Below, piece by piece: positions 29,831 through 45,893 of a DNA stretch of 64,000 nucleotides; within the stretch, counting starts at the first letter, position 1, and every line of letters starts with the position of its first letter. Position numbers and translations under genes: made by a program. The notes below the pieces were generated by a model. That model was not told the DNA's origin, did not search any database, and worked only from the letters and a program-made list of their open reading frames with translations. The stretch lies in assembly GCF_009914755.1 (NCBI RefSeq), contig NC_060947.1, one strand, 5' to 3'. Source of the DNA: the human T2T-CHM13v2.0 reference genome, Homo sapiens.

Positions 29831-30334
29831 TGATAACTTCTAATTATTGATATACATTTTATATCTTGCCTTCAAATGCTAAGAAATTTACATTACCTAC
29901 TATTTTCATTATCACTGAGTAGTCCTATCTGGTTCCTTCAAGAAAATTTACCATGCTTTGCTGGAAAGACTTTGGGCTTTGTGTGTTGCTGTTATACGTA
30001 AAAAGGTATTTGCTTAGTTCATGGGATGCTTGCGTGACACTGTACACCAATTTCTGTTGATGTGCCCTTTGAAATGTTGCTCATATTCTTTACCAGTGCT
30101 GCCAACCTAAGCTGGGCTCTCCTGATCTCATGCCTGAAACACAGCAATAGCTCCACACACATCCCTCTCTAGTCCATCCTAAATACCACCACCAATGGAA
30201 CTATTTTCCTAATGCACCACTTTGACATACCATTTTTCTGCTCCTGACTCCCACATCTGCCTTATCTCTAAAATTTTTCAATCTTTTTAACTTTGGAATG
30301 CCTTCTCCCCTCTTCTAATAAATAATGCAAGTAA

Positions 30335-31216
<882 letters not shown>

Positions 31217-31663
31217 TTACAAAGTTACTTTATTCTTTCTATACTGAATTCCATGGTATGGATGTATCATAATTTATTTAACCATTTCCCTAATGATGGA
31301 CATTTGGGTGGTTTTGAAAATTTTCTTTTTGCAAACAAGGCAATAATAAACATCTTTGGACATGTATCTTTCTGTACATGTGCAAGCCTGTCCAAGATAG
31401 AGCTAGACATGGAATTGCTAGACCAAATGATGCTCACATTTTGATAGATGCTGCCAGATGCCCTCCAAAAAGAGTTACAATTTACACACCAGCCACTGGT
31501 GTATAAGAGAGCTCATTTCTCCACATCCTTGCTATCACTAGATATTATCAGTCTTTTAAAATGTGGACATCTTGTGGGTGAAAACTGATGGCTTGTTATT
31601 GCTCAGTTATGTTTCACGTACTCATTATTTTTTAAATGAATTGAGTTTATTTTCATCACATAG

Positions 31664-31882
<219 letters not shown>

Positions 31883-32395
31883 TGACCTTTGAGGAGTATG
31901 AGACTGCCCTATGTGGTCAATGATAATGTCATAAAGTATATTGAGCATAACAATTCTGTCTTAAGTTCCATGCTATCAGCCATTAAGAGTTTAAGAATAT
32001 GGAGTGGGATTATGGGAAGTCATGCTAATTTACCCCCTGACTTTCTCAACCCAGCTCATAAGCAAGTGAGAATTATAAGTTTCTGAAGTGAAGAAGAAGA
32101 TTTAAGAATGGATTCGGAATAAAATGATCTTCAACAAATAGTTGCTGAGATTATTTTAAGTAGATTTAATCATAGTACCAGCATACACCCCTAAAAGTGT
32201 TTTCAGAACCCTGAGGAAAATTTTTGAAAAACACCTTCGGAAGCTGAGTCTAAGTTTTAGCATTATCTGAGATTTGTAATTAATTCACATATTACCCTAA
32301 GGTAGACGTAATCTTCAACATACACAGTATCAAATGTAAAAGTTACTGGTTAAGTTAGAGTCTCTTACTAATATCACAAATATTTCTGTTCTTAG

Positions 32396-32518
<123 letters not shown>

Positions 32519-32736
32519 TGACTCTTAACTAGTACTGCTTTTTCCACTAAAGTTATTAGAGACCTAACATATTGGAAGCCTGTCTTCTTACTATTAGTTT
32601 TGAGCTTAGTTTTTGTTTGTAGCCTACTGGTATGGTGAGAGGTAATGTTAAAATCAATCATTTTAATTTTCAGTAATGTTTGTTATAGCTTAAGAATATA
32701 TAAGCATTCTGACAGATTTATTTTTTTCCCTCCAAC

Positions 32737-33409
<673 letters not shown>

Positions 33410-34527
33410 TCACCTAAACTCACCAACTGATGGTATTTTGCCACATTGCTTCATCTCTTTCTGCATATATTTGCACAGAGATATGTATTTGTTTGCTTAT
33501 TAATTTTTTTCTAAATAGATTTACCTTTAATCTGACTACCCAAACCCAACACTGTTTGCAAGATTAATTCATGGAGCAAATGATTTTTAAAGAATTATAC
33601 AAGTATTTTCCTCTAGTCTTTTTTTTACTCTACATCAGTTTTTGTCTTGTTACATAGTTGTGATTGTAGCTTATGGAGAATTTTCTGCTCTTCACTTAAT
33701 ATTCTATTATAGTCAGCTGGTATTTTTTTTAGGTTGAGAGACCAGATGACAGAGAGAGTGAACAAAGCAATATAACTGAGAAAAAAGAATTTAGAGTTAT
33801 TTAATAAGCATCTGAGAATCTCCTAAACTTAGGGACCTGGTAGGAGTTAGTAATGATGACATAAAAGAAATAAGTATTGTTTTCTTCTTGTTCTCTCTGG
33901 TTTGAGGGCCAAGGAAAGACAAGAAATGACATGAGAACAATTACAAAACTGTTTATCAGCAAGGACACACAAATACTGAGAGAACAAAGAACAAAAGAAC
34001 AATCTAAGTCCAGTAAGATTAATTCATGGAGCAAGTGATTTTTAAATAATTATACAAGTAATATATGATCACCATAGAAAAAGTAGAAAAATATAAAGAA
34101 GCACATAAAAAGTTAAAAGTATGAGTCTATTTCATCCTCATCATGTGAGCAAACATTCTTATGTCTGTGAAAACCAAGTGTGGATGAGTTTGTAGAACAT
34201 GAACTCCCATACGCTATTGGTTGGATTTTGAATCACTACAGCCACTTTGGAGAACAGCTGAGGAATATCCACGTAAAGTTGAAGATGTGCCCATGTTATG
34301 ACCCAGTAGTTTCACCCCTAGGTATATACCCCACAGAAACTCTCAAACATGGACACGGGGAGACATGTACAAGAATGTTAACAGCAACACTCTGTTAGTG
34401 AAAAAAATGGCAACAACAAAAATCTCTACCACCAAGAGGATAAATGCTGAAGAAGTATCAAACAAAGAAATGATTTGTATGTATGTTAGAAACACATTAA
34501 TAATCTGTTTAGTATTATCTACTCTAA

Positions 34528-34653
<126 letters not shown>

Positions 34654-34704
34654 TAAGTATGATAGCTTGCTCACATTTGTATTTTGTATTCCTGTTATCA
34701 TCTA

Positions 34705-35100
<396 letters not shown>

Positions 35101-35278
35101 TTAGCTATGTAATTGTTACTTCGTGTACTTTATGCATAGCAACCACAAGCACTGAGTGGGATAAAATATAGTGCACTAATTCTGAGAAGTAGGGTTTCTG
35201 ATGATATAACTCCACACAATTCGTTTCAAGCTATTTTCCTACCAGTGATCACCTTTATACATTTCATACCAAAACTAA

Positions 35279-35650
<372 letters not shown>

Positions 35651-36630
35651 AAGGCCATGGAGAGTGCTGCCAGTTTAACTTGTCATGCACTGACACAGCA
35701 TTCATGATGTTACCTTCACTTTTCAAAATATTGTAGAAGGATTTTTCTCATGCTCTTATATTAGGGATTCTATTTGAGTTGCGTTTATCTGTTGGCAAAA
35801 ATATCTTTTTCAAGGCATCAGCTCTGAACCTAGCTTTATTTAAACTGAATTTCCAGTATATTTTTGTTTTCACTAACAACAGATAAGGTAGAGCAGTGAG
35901 GTTTACAACAAGCCCTACAATTAGAGATTGCTGAACTGCTGCTAAAGTGATTTTTTTTTTATTTGACCAAAAAAAAAAAGGCCCAAGAAGAAGAAAATGA
36001 AAAATTTGAAGATTTGAGAGCATGAAGATATTCATGCTTTTGAACTCAAAATATTGAAGATACTCTCAAGCCTGTATCCCTGCCCCACTGGGGAGCAATG
36101 ACTTTCAAAGCACTGTGTATAAAACATCTAGTTTTAGAAGGGAAACAGTTGAAACTGTTTAAAAATAGATGTGCCTTATTTATTGCAGGCTTTCTTTCCC
36201 CCATTCTCCCTGCATCCTTGTCCTTGCAGGTGCTTTTTTAGATGCTCCAATATGTCTTCTTTTGTTATTTTCTTTCGAGCTAACCAAGTTTAGGTGGTTT
36301 TTCATTGATTAAAAATAACTGACAACTGTTCTAATATTTTGCTCCTTTTTAAATTTTGTAGCTCAAAAGACCTTAAAGGTCTGTAGGGTTCCCTGCCTCC
36401 CATCTTTCCACTGTTGTAAAAAGTATATCAAATTATTCCTTCAAGTTTCCTAGCTCTGTGCTCAGTTTCAGTTCACTCCTGCCAAGTTGGACTCTAAGTT
36501 ATTCTTCATGTAGTCTGCTGATCTCAGTCTGGAAACTTAACATTATGAGCCTTTTCTGCTCAAAAAATTTTCAAAGATTAAAACTATTATACATATACAG
36601 GTCATATAAAATTACCTGGATTCACTAAAT

Positions 36631-36634
36631 TTGT

Positions 36635-36666
<32 letters not shown>

Positions 36667-36950
36667 GAGACAGAGTCTTGTTTTGCAGCCCAGGCTGGAG
36701 TGCAGTGGCACCATCTTGGCTCACTGCAACCTCTGCCTACCGGATTCAAGGAATTCTCCCTGCCTCAGCCTCCTGAGTAGCTAGGATTACAGGTGCCTGC
36801 CACCACACCCGGCTAATTTTCATATTTTTCAGTAGAGACGGGGTTTCGCCATGTTGGCTAGCCTGGTCTTAAACTCCTAACCTCAGGTGATCCACCCGCC
36901 TTGGCCTCCCAAAGTGCTGGGATTACAGGTGTGAGCCTCCATGCCCAGCC
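36631..36950 (-). mobile_element. Antisense AluS in the ATP7A 3'UTR with a (GTT)n tail-derived microsatellite
   Basis: Dimeric Alu; TSD taaatttgt. Confidence 0.92.
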
Positions 36951-38335
36951 TAAATTTGTATTTTTTGAATTGAGTATAATCACTTTGCTAGTATATATAA
37001 TTTAATAGATTTTATTTATCTTTTAGTGTTTCAGATAACCTCTCAAAAAGACTTTAAAATAATGCTATTACACAAAGCTGCATTTACCAAAAAATACAGT
37101 AAAATCATAATACAGAAACTAAAATTTCCCTAGGTTATGACGCTTTTTAGCTAAATATATACTCTTCTCTAGTTTAAAACATTTGAACTTGCCTAGTTAG
37201 TGTGGTTGGCAAATTTAGGAGCTTGTTCCCATTGCCAAATGGATTTAGAAATTCCCTTGTGAGTGCCTGGTAGCTAATACACTGGTCAGAGATCTGGTAC
37301 TTGTAAGACTATTTAAATTTCTTTGTTAGTTGCAAGATGGATTTCATATGCAGAATATGTAAATGAAGAGGACTCATAAGTAAATTCCTAACATTTTGTT
37401 CCCATTACCAGAAGCAAAGCTGCTGCTAACCCAACATCTGGCACATAGGATTTGTACTCGGTAAATGTTAGTTCTTTTCTCCCCTTGAGGTCAGTAATAA
37501 ATACAAAAAAATCATTTTTCTAGAGCAGAGTCTTAAAATCAGGTGGGGGTAGGGGATGGAGTTCTTCCTTTCCTACCCCTTTTCTCTTTTATCCTTTCAT
37601 ATATACACATGCAAAGTTTACAACCTTATTCCATGCTGTCTTTCAGATTTAGAAAAGATCTAATTTCTGTCTCAGCTGTCTTAAAGAGAGAACTGAAGCT
37701 TTTGATGAAGGTGCTATTAATCTAGAAAGGCAAACCCATTTCACTGAAATATCAATGGGTTTGCATATCTAGGCCCTTTTTTTAGACCAATGCCTATGCC
37801 ATCCTCCATGCTTTCAGTTTGAGTTTTATTATTTATTATTTTAATTCCAGTGGCCCATCTTATAATACAACTTGTTTCTTCTAGAAGACAGAGCTGATAG
37901 GGTAAATGTTGAAAAAAGAAGCATGCCTCCTTCTCCCTCCCACCCACCTCAAGCAGTTGAACACAGCCAGTTATTCTTCCATTATTATGTGTACCTTGGA
38001 GTCATCCTCTTGGTCTTGTATTCATATTGTGGGACAGTGGGAATAGCAGCTTGTAGTATTGAAATAATCAAAGAGATAATTTCAGCTCTTACAACAAGAA
38101 CAGAAAACATGCTAATTAGAAAAAGTCCTGCTTTAAGTAATATGTAGCCACATTTGAATCCTCTACCACAAGTCTTTTTTGCAATCTTGAACTTTCATTA
38201 GCTTCAAAGAGAAGCTGTATTTACAGGAGAAAGAGGTGATTATGGAGGGAATCAAAAATACTGCTTTCAGTTAGTAGCTAGCTTTAAGTCAGGAGTTAGT
38301 AATGAGAAATTTTATAAATGTGTATTTCTGTGTAT

Positions 38336-38388
38336 TCACATACATATATATATACACACATATATATGTACATACACATACATACATA
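38336..38388. repeat. Mixed (TA)/(CA) purine-pyrimidine microsatellite
   Basis: cacatacatatatatatacacacatatatatgtacatacacacatacatacat. Confidence 0.85.
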
Positions 38389-40564
38389 TTACCATACTGA
38401 AGGGAAATGGATTTATATTTGAATTTGATATTTGAATATTTGAAGTTCTCTATTTATATTTCATTTATCACTCTTCTGTATTCACTCAGCAACCATGCCC
38501 TTAGTCTGAAGATAACAAGGATACTTTAATATCCAGTGCCGGTTCAGACTCACCTATGTGGCACCTTAAACTTAAATATCCAAAGATGCCTTTTGAATTT
38601 CAAAGATTAAAACACAGCTAGAGTAGTAGTATTGTAGTCTCAAGATGTATGGTGTGTCATTTGTGAAAATAGAAACGTTATTTTTCCTAGTTTAGTATCA
38701 ACATTTTAGAATGTCAAATTTGATGCCTTGTGAACAAGTAATTTTATATTGTGCTTTAATTTTTTAAAAAGTATTCTTTATTCATATGTATAGAATGCTT
38801 AAAATAGCACTGTAGACAAGATGTTTCCAAAACTTTAAGTGCGCATATCTTTTCTGTATACAGCTTAAAATCAAAAATGTATGTTAAGAGAATTTTTTCT
38901 ATTACTTATGGATCATGCTTTAAAATGATTTTTCTTGATATTTATTTTACTCCATTTTGTTTTTTTCTCTGGGTGAGGCATCTGGTTACTGGTTATTTTA
39001 AAAAGAATAAAGACATTCCTGGAATCACTCCTTTTGGGTTTTTGTTTGTTTTGTTTCTTTTCTACATTTTTAAGTATTATTTTACAAAATAGAAAAAATA
39101 TAGATTCATGCCAAATTATTACCTATTTTTACACTAACTTTCTGCAGTCCCTCCATCTGGTATGAGTAACCAGATAGAGCACAAAGCATGAGTTCTTGTT
39201 CTTCAGTTAAAAGAGCTTCTTTCACAGTGTTGATAACAAATGCCTTTTGTAGCCAAAACCAGGCGTCTCAACCTTACGTTTTTAGTTAAAGAAATGTTTA
39301 GCTAAACGTTGTTGAACATTGATTGTTTGGTACCGAAAACAGCAGTGGACGATGTTGTGCAATATCCATCTACTGTAGTTAAGATATTCAGTAGTTTGTT
39401 TTTCATAAGCATGTAATTGATCATATTTCTGCCAAGGATGTGCCTTCAACTTTATAATTATAGTGTTGTAAAATATTTTTGTCTGTCTCTTTTGTTAAAT
39501 CATCCAACCCCCTCTATCAGCAGTTCTGAACTACCTTTGTTATATTTTTATTTTTTTCAACTTTTCATCTATGATGGAGGTGGATTATAGGCATCACTAC
39601 ACTTTCGGTTAGGATGGGAGGGAAGAAATCTATTTTCCTTCGGACTCCACTACACCTGCCATATCATTCAGTGAGGATGAGAAATAAAGGAAGGAATATT
39701 ATTGTTCTGCTTTCCTTTGTAGTCTCTAATACATTCTTGATAGAATGTCTACTCCAAATGAGCTAAACAGAGAAAAGAGATTTTCTTGCCATTGGGGAGC
39801 CCTATACAGAGTGTTTGAAGTTCCCACCCAAGATACATTCCCATACCCGAACACTCCTTTTTGAGTTAAGGAAACCATTGTAAACTTGTGAGGAAAAACT
39901 AATTTTCATTTCCCCCCAAATCCTTGGGGTTACTCAGGGTGAGGAGATAGGATGGGAAATGGCAAAATAAGAGTAAAATCCCCAAGGCATCCACTCAGCT
40001 TGCCAGCCTCCCTTTCTTATTGGTATCCTGACCTCAGAGAAGGATGTGTACTGATGGCTACCTCCCAGGTGAACCTTCAAAACCTTCCAGATCAATAAAA
40101 CAAAACAAAAACCTTTCTGTTGGAGAATCCTTGCTAGATTAAGGCATCAAAGTCCCTGCTCAAATTAAAAGGAAATAGAGCTGCATCTTTCACAAATTTG
40201 ACTAGGGCCAGCCAGCCCTACTTCTTTAACAGCTTCACCATCCTAGATGTGACCCCTGGTTGTACAAATGAAGTGAGAGACAAAAGGCAAGGCTTTTGAA
40301 GGTGAGGTTTAAGTGAAGTTGCTAGTATAAAGAGGGTCTTGTGCAGTTTAAGAAATCTGAAAACATCTATACGGTCAGTCACCCTCTGGAAAGTTTGAAA
40401 TAGGTTGAGTAGTCTTTGGCATACTGTACCTATTGCCCTCAATGGCCCCAAGCTTTCCATTGACATCACCTTCTCTGCCCACTAAGGCCTGCCTATAAAC
40501 TGAAGTGCTGCCAATACTTCAAAATTATTTGCTTCACCTCACCCAATCAAAACTCCAATTTCTT

Positions 40565-41657
40565 TTTAAAAAAATCTTAATTGTACATATTATGGGGTAC
40601 AATTCAGTGTTCTGATACATGTATACATTGCATAATGATCAAATCAGGGCAGTTAGCATATCTGTCACCTCATGCATTTATTATTTCTTTGTGGTGAGAA
40701 CATTCAAAAGCCCCCCTTCTAGCTATTTTGTAATATACAATTACCTTACTGTTAACCATAGTCACCCTACTGTGCAATAGAACACCAGAACTTATTCCTC
40801 CTATCTAATTGTATCTTTGTACCTGTTGACCAGCCTCTCTCCATCATCCCCTCTTTTCACCCCTACCCAACCTCTGGTAACCACTGTTTTACTTTCTGCT
40901 TCTATGAGATCAACTTTTTTTTAGCTTCTGCAAATGAGTGAGATCATGTAGTATTTGTCTTTCTGTGTCTGGCTTATTTCACTTAATGACATCCTCCAGG
41001 ATCATCCATCTTTCTCAAATGACAGGATGTCATTCTTTTTATTGCTGAATAGTATTCCATTGTGTAGATATACCACTTTTTCTTCAACCATTCAACTGTT
41101 GTCAGGCATTTAGGTTGATTTCAAGTCTTGGCTATTGTGAATAGTGCTGTAGTAAACATGGAAGTGCAGATATCTGTGATGTACTGATTTTGTTTCCTTT
41201 GGAAATACACAGAGTAGTGGGGCTTCTGGATCATATGGTAGTTCTATTTTTAATTTTTTCAGGGACATCTGTACTGTTTTCTGTAGTGGCTGTATTATAT
41301 TCCCACCAGCAGTGCGTAAGCATTTCCCCTTCTTGCCACATCCTTGCCAACACTTGTTTTTTTAATAATAGCCATTCTAAATTAACAGAGTGAAGTGACA
41401 ACCTACATAGTGGTAGAAAATATTCACAAACTATACATCTAACAAGGGGTTAATATTCAGAATATATAAGAAATTAACCACAAAAAAACCCTATTAAAAA
41501 TGGGCAAAAGATGTTAACAGACATTTCTCAAAAGAAAACATACAAATGGCCAATAGGTATATGAAAAAATGCTCAACATCACTAATCATCAGGAAAATAC
41601 AAATCAAAATGACATTGAGATACCATCTCATTCCAGTTAGGATGACTATTATCAAAA
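40565..41657. mobile_element. L1MA-like LINE-1 with 5' inversion: 3' part on - (40565-41380), inverted part on + (41381-41657)
   Basis: 19 bp direct repeat atcaaaactccaatttctt at 40546-40564 and 41651-41669; L1 polarity switches at ~41380. Confidence 0.85.
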
Positions 41658-42048
41658 CTCCAATTTCTTCATTGAAGTTATTATTACCGAGTATAGGAGA
41701 AAAACTGAGATTAACTCAATACATCCTAAAGTGCCACTGACCTTTGGATCTTGCTAGTAGTATTTGCAATAATTTGAAAAGACTGCTTTTGAACCCAAAT
41801 GACTTCATAATTATTGAAATGAAAAACATCAGGCCATATGGAAGAAGTTATTTGAAGGCAAGTAGACCCCATTATCAGCACTCCAATGCTCTTCTTGCTT
41901 TTTACAGCTCATTGCCTTCCACTTTTGAATCCACAGTTTCTTTAAAATCACCACATCCCCATAGTGACGGAAAGAGTGCTGATTTTGGAATCCATCACAC
42001 CTATTTGCAAGATACCAATTCTGCTACTTACCAGCTGGGTGACTGACT

Positions 42049-42410
42049 ATGTTAGTTTCTTATTGCTATTGTAACAAATTACAACAAATGTAGTGTGTTA
42101 AAACCAACTTATTATCTTACAGTTTTGAAGGTGAAGTCTGAAATGGGCCGAGATGGGAGGATTGCTTGTGGCCAGAAGTTCAAGACCAGCCTGGGAAACA
42201 TAGTGAGACTCTATAAAAAATTTAAAAAATTAGCTGCATGTGGTAGTGCATGCTGTATTCCTAGCAACTTGGGAGGCTGAGGTGGGAGAATCACTTGAGC
42301 CCAGAAGTTCAAGATTGCAGTGAGCTATGATTGCACCACTGCACCACTGCACTCCAGCCTGGGTGGCAGAGCAAGACACTATCTCTGAAAAAGAAAAGGA
42401 AAAAAAAAAA
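42049..42410. mobile_element. MLT1-type LTR fragment fused to a 5'-truncated AluJ(+) (~42146-42410)
   Basis: tgttagtttcttattgctattgtaacaaattac...gtctgaaatgg runs directly into Alu sequence. Confidence 0.7.
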
Positions 42411-42418
42411 AAAGAAAG

Positions 42419-45157
42419 TGTATTAGTCCATTCTTCCATTGCTATAAAGAACTGCCTGAGACTGGGTAATTTGTGAAGAAAAGAGGTTTAATTGACTCAC
42501 AGTTCTGCAGACTGTACAGGAAGTGTGGCTGGAGAGGCCTCAGGAAACTTACAATCATGATGGAAGGCAAAGAGGAAGCAGGCACATCTTACATGGCATA
42601 AGCAGGTGAAAGAGAGTGAAAGGGGATGTGCTACACATTTTTAAACAACCAGATCTCATGAGAACACACTATCATGAAAACAGCAAGGGGAAAGTCTGTC
42701 CCCATGATCCAATCACCTCCTCCAACATTGGAGATTACAATTCATATGTGAGATTTGGGTGGGGATGCAAATCCAAACCATATCATTCCACCCTTGCCCC
42801 CTCCCAAGTCTCATGTTCTTCTCACGTTGCAAAATACAATCATCCCTTCTCCACAGTCTCCCAAAATCTGAATTCATTTCAGCATTAACTCAAAAGTCCA
42901 CAGTCCAAAGTCTCATCTGAGACAAGTCCCTTCCATCTATGAGCCTGTAAAATCAAAACCAAGTTAGTTACTTCCAAGATACAACGGGGGTACAGGCATT
43001 GGGTAAATACATCTGTTCCTGAAGGGAGAAATTGGCCAAAACAAAGAGGCTACAAGCCCCATGCAAATCCAAAACTCAGCAGGCCAGTCATTAAATCTTA
43101 AAGCTCCTAAATAATCTCCTTTGAGTCCATGTGTCACATCCAGGCAACACTGATGCAAGTGGGATCCCAAGGCCTTGGGCATCTCTGCCCCTGTGGCTCT
43201 TTAGGGTACAGTCCCCAGAGCTGCTTTCACAGGCTGGCATTGAGTGCCTGCAGCTTTTTGAGGTACACAGTGCAAGCTGTCAGTGAATCTACCATTCTAG
43301 GGTCTGAGGATGGTGACCTTCTTCTCATAGTTCCACTAGGCAGCACCCCAATGGGGACTCTATGTGGGGGCTCCAACCCCACATTTCCCCTTTGCACTGC
43401 CCTAGTAGAGGTTCTCCATGAGGGTTCCACCCCTGGAGCAGACTTCTGGCTGGACATCCAGGCATTTCCATACATCCTCTGAAATCTAGGCAGAGGCTGC
43501 CAAGCCTCAACTCTTTCCCACTATGCATCTGCAAGCATAACACCACATAGAAGTGACTAAGGCTTGAGGCTTGTACCCTCTGAAGCAATGGCCTGAGCTG
43601 CACCTTGGCACCTTTTAGCTATGGCTGGTGCTAGAATGACCACAATGCAGGGTGCCATGTCCTGAGTTTGCATGCACAGTGCAGTGAGGCCCTGGGCCTG
43701 GCTCACAAAACCATTTTTCCCTCCTAGGCCTCCAGGTTTGTGAGGGGAGGGGCTGCTGCAAAGGTCTCTGAAATGTCTTCAAGGCGTTTTCCCCATTGTC
43801 TTGGATATTAACATTCAGCTTCTCTTTACTTATGCAAATTTCTGCAGCTGGCTTGAATTCCTCCCCAGAAAATGGGTTTTTCTTTTCTACCACATGGTCA
43901 GGCTGCAAATTTTCCAAACATTTATGCTCTGCTTTCTTTTTAAATATGTTCCAGTTTCAGATTATCTCTTTGGTCATGCATATGACCATATGCTGTTAGA
44001 AGGAGCCAGGCCAAATTAATATGGTTTAGCTGTGTCCCCACCCAAATCTCATCTTGAATTATAATCCCCTTAATCCCCACATGTCATGAGAGGGACCTGG
44101 TGGGAGGTAATTGAATCATGGGGCAGTTCCCCCATGCTGTTCTCATGATAGTGAGTGAGTTCTCATGAGATCTGATGGTTTTATAAATGTTTGGCATTTT
44201 CCCTGCTGGCACTCATTCTTTTTCCTGCTGCCTTGTGAATAGGTGCCTCCCACTATGATTGTAAGTTTCCTGAGGGCTCCCTAGCCATGCAAAACTGTGA
44301 ATCAATTAAACCTCTTGTCTTTATAAGTTACCCAGTCTCAGGTATTTATTCATAGCAGCATGAGGGTGGACTAATACACACATCTTGAACATTTTGCTGC
44401 TTAGAAGTTTCTCCTGCCAGACACCTTAAATCATCACTCTCAAGGTCAAAGTTCCACAGATTCCTAGAGCAGGGACACAATATCAACAGTCTCTTTGCTA
44501 AAGCATAGCAGGAGTGACCTTTATTCCAGTTCCCAATAAGTTCCTCTTCTCCATCTGAGACCAACTCAGCCTGAACTTCATTATCCATATCACTATCAGC
44601 AGTTTGGTCACAACAATTTAACAAGTCTCTGGGAAGTTCCAAACTTTCCCTCATCATTCTCTCTTCTTCTGAGTCCTCCAAACTGTTCCAACCTCTGCCC
44701 ATTATCCAGCTCCAAAACCACTTCCACATTTTCAGGTATCTTTATAGCAATGCCCCACTCCTGGGTACCAATTTTTTTGTATTAGTCCGTTTTCACATTG
44801 CTATAAAGAACTACTTGAGACTGGGTAATTTGTAAAGAAGACAGGTTTAATTGACTCAAAGTTCCACAGGCTGTACAGGAAGCATGGTTGGGGAAGCCTC
44901 AGGAAACTTAAAATTATGTTGGAAGGTGAAGAGAAAGCAAGCATGTCTTACATGGTGGGAACATGAGAAAGAGAGTAAAGAGGGAGGCGCTACACACTTT
45001 TAAAGAACTGCATCTCATTAGAACTCACTATCACGAGAACAGCAAGGGGGAGGTCCGTTCCTATGATCCAATAACCTCTCACCATGTTCCTCCTCCAACA
45101 CTGGAGATTACAATCTGGACATGAGATTTGGGTGGGGACACAAATCCAAGCATATCA
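42419..45157 (-). mobile_element. Full ERVL-MaLR provirus (MSTB-like): LTR 42419-42785, internal region, LTR 44778-45157
   Basis: Paired LTRs; perfect 5 bp TSD gaaag at 42414-42418 and 45158-45162. Confidence 0.9.
44017..44378 (+). mobile_element. THE1-type solo LTR nested in opposite orientation inside the MST internal region
   Basis: atatggtttagctgtgtccccacccaaatctcatcttgaa...gactaataca; TSD caaat/cacat. Confidence 0.87.
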
Positions 45158-45893
45158 GAAAGCAAAAGAGCCTTACTTCTGATATGGAGTAAATTTGAAT
45201 ATTTTAGTTGTCTGGATAGAAGATCAAACTAGCCACAACATCCCCTTAAGCCAAAGCCTAATCCACAGCAAGACCCTAAGTCACTTTGATTTCATGAAGG
45301 CTGAGAGAGGTGAGGGACCTGCTCAAAAAAAATGGGAAGCTATCCAAGGTTGATTCATGAGGTTTGAGGAAAGAAGTCATCTTTATAACATAAAAGTGCA
45401 AGGTGAGGCAGCAAGTGCTGATGAAGAAGCTGCAGTAAGTTGTCCAGAAGATGATGAAAGTGAATACACTAAACAACAGATTTTCAATGTACACAAAACA
45501 GCCTTCTATTGGAAGAAGATGCCATCTAGGACTTTCATAGCTACAGAGGAGAAGTCAATCCCTGGCTTTAAAGCTTTAAAAAGAGAGTCTGACTCAATTG
45601 TTGGGTGATAAAATGTAGCTGGTGATGTTAAACTGAAGCCAATGCTCGTTTACCATTCTGAAATCCTAGGGTTCTTAAGAGTTATGCTAAATCTACTCTG
45701 TCTGTGCTCTATCAATAGAACTACAAAGCCTGGATGATAGCACATCTGTTTATAGCATGGTTCACTGAATATTTTAAACCCACTGTTGAGATCTGCTGCT
45801 CAGAAAAATAGATTCCTTTCAAAATATTATTGTTTCTTGACAATGCATGTAGCCATGTAAGAGCTCTGACAGGGAAGTACAAGGGAATTAATG
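45158..45893 (+). mobile_element. Tigger1 transposase fragment
   Basis: ORF 45357-45608 ([12 protein letters not shown]...[12 protein letters not shown]) is pogo/Tigger transposase-like. Confidence 0.88.

Larger units (their letters stand above)
35651..39480 (+). other. ATP7A: ATP7A 3'UTR, AU-rich, about 3.8 kb; 3' end approximate
   Basis: Follows the stop; repeat-poor AT-rich sequence; end estimated from the known ~8.5 kb mRNA; AATAAA at 37496, 39006 and 39683. Confidence 0.7.

Noticed and set aside
38336-38388. Z-DNA-forming element in the 3'UTR
   Set aside because: A short, interrupted, TA-dominated tract; an ordinary microsatellite.
45357-45608. Transposase-like ORF
   Set aside because: A short, disrupted Tigger1 fossil lacking its 5' end.
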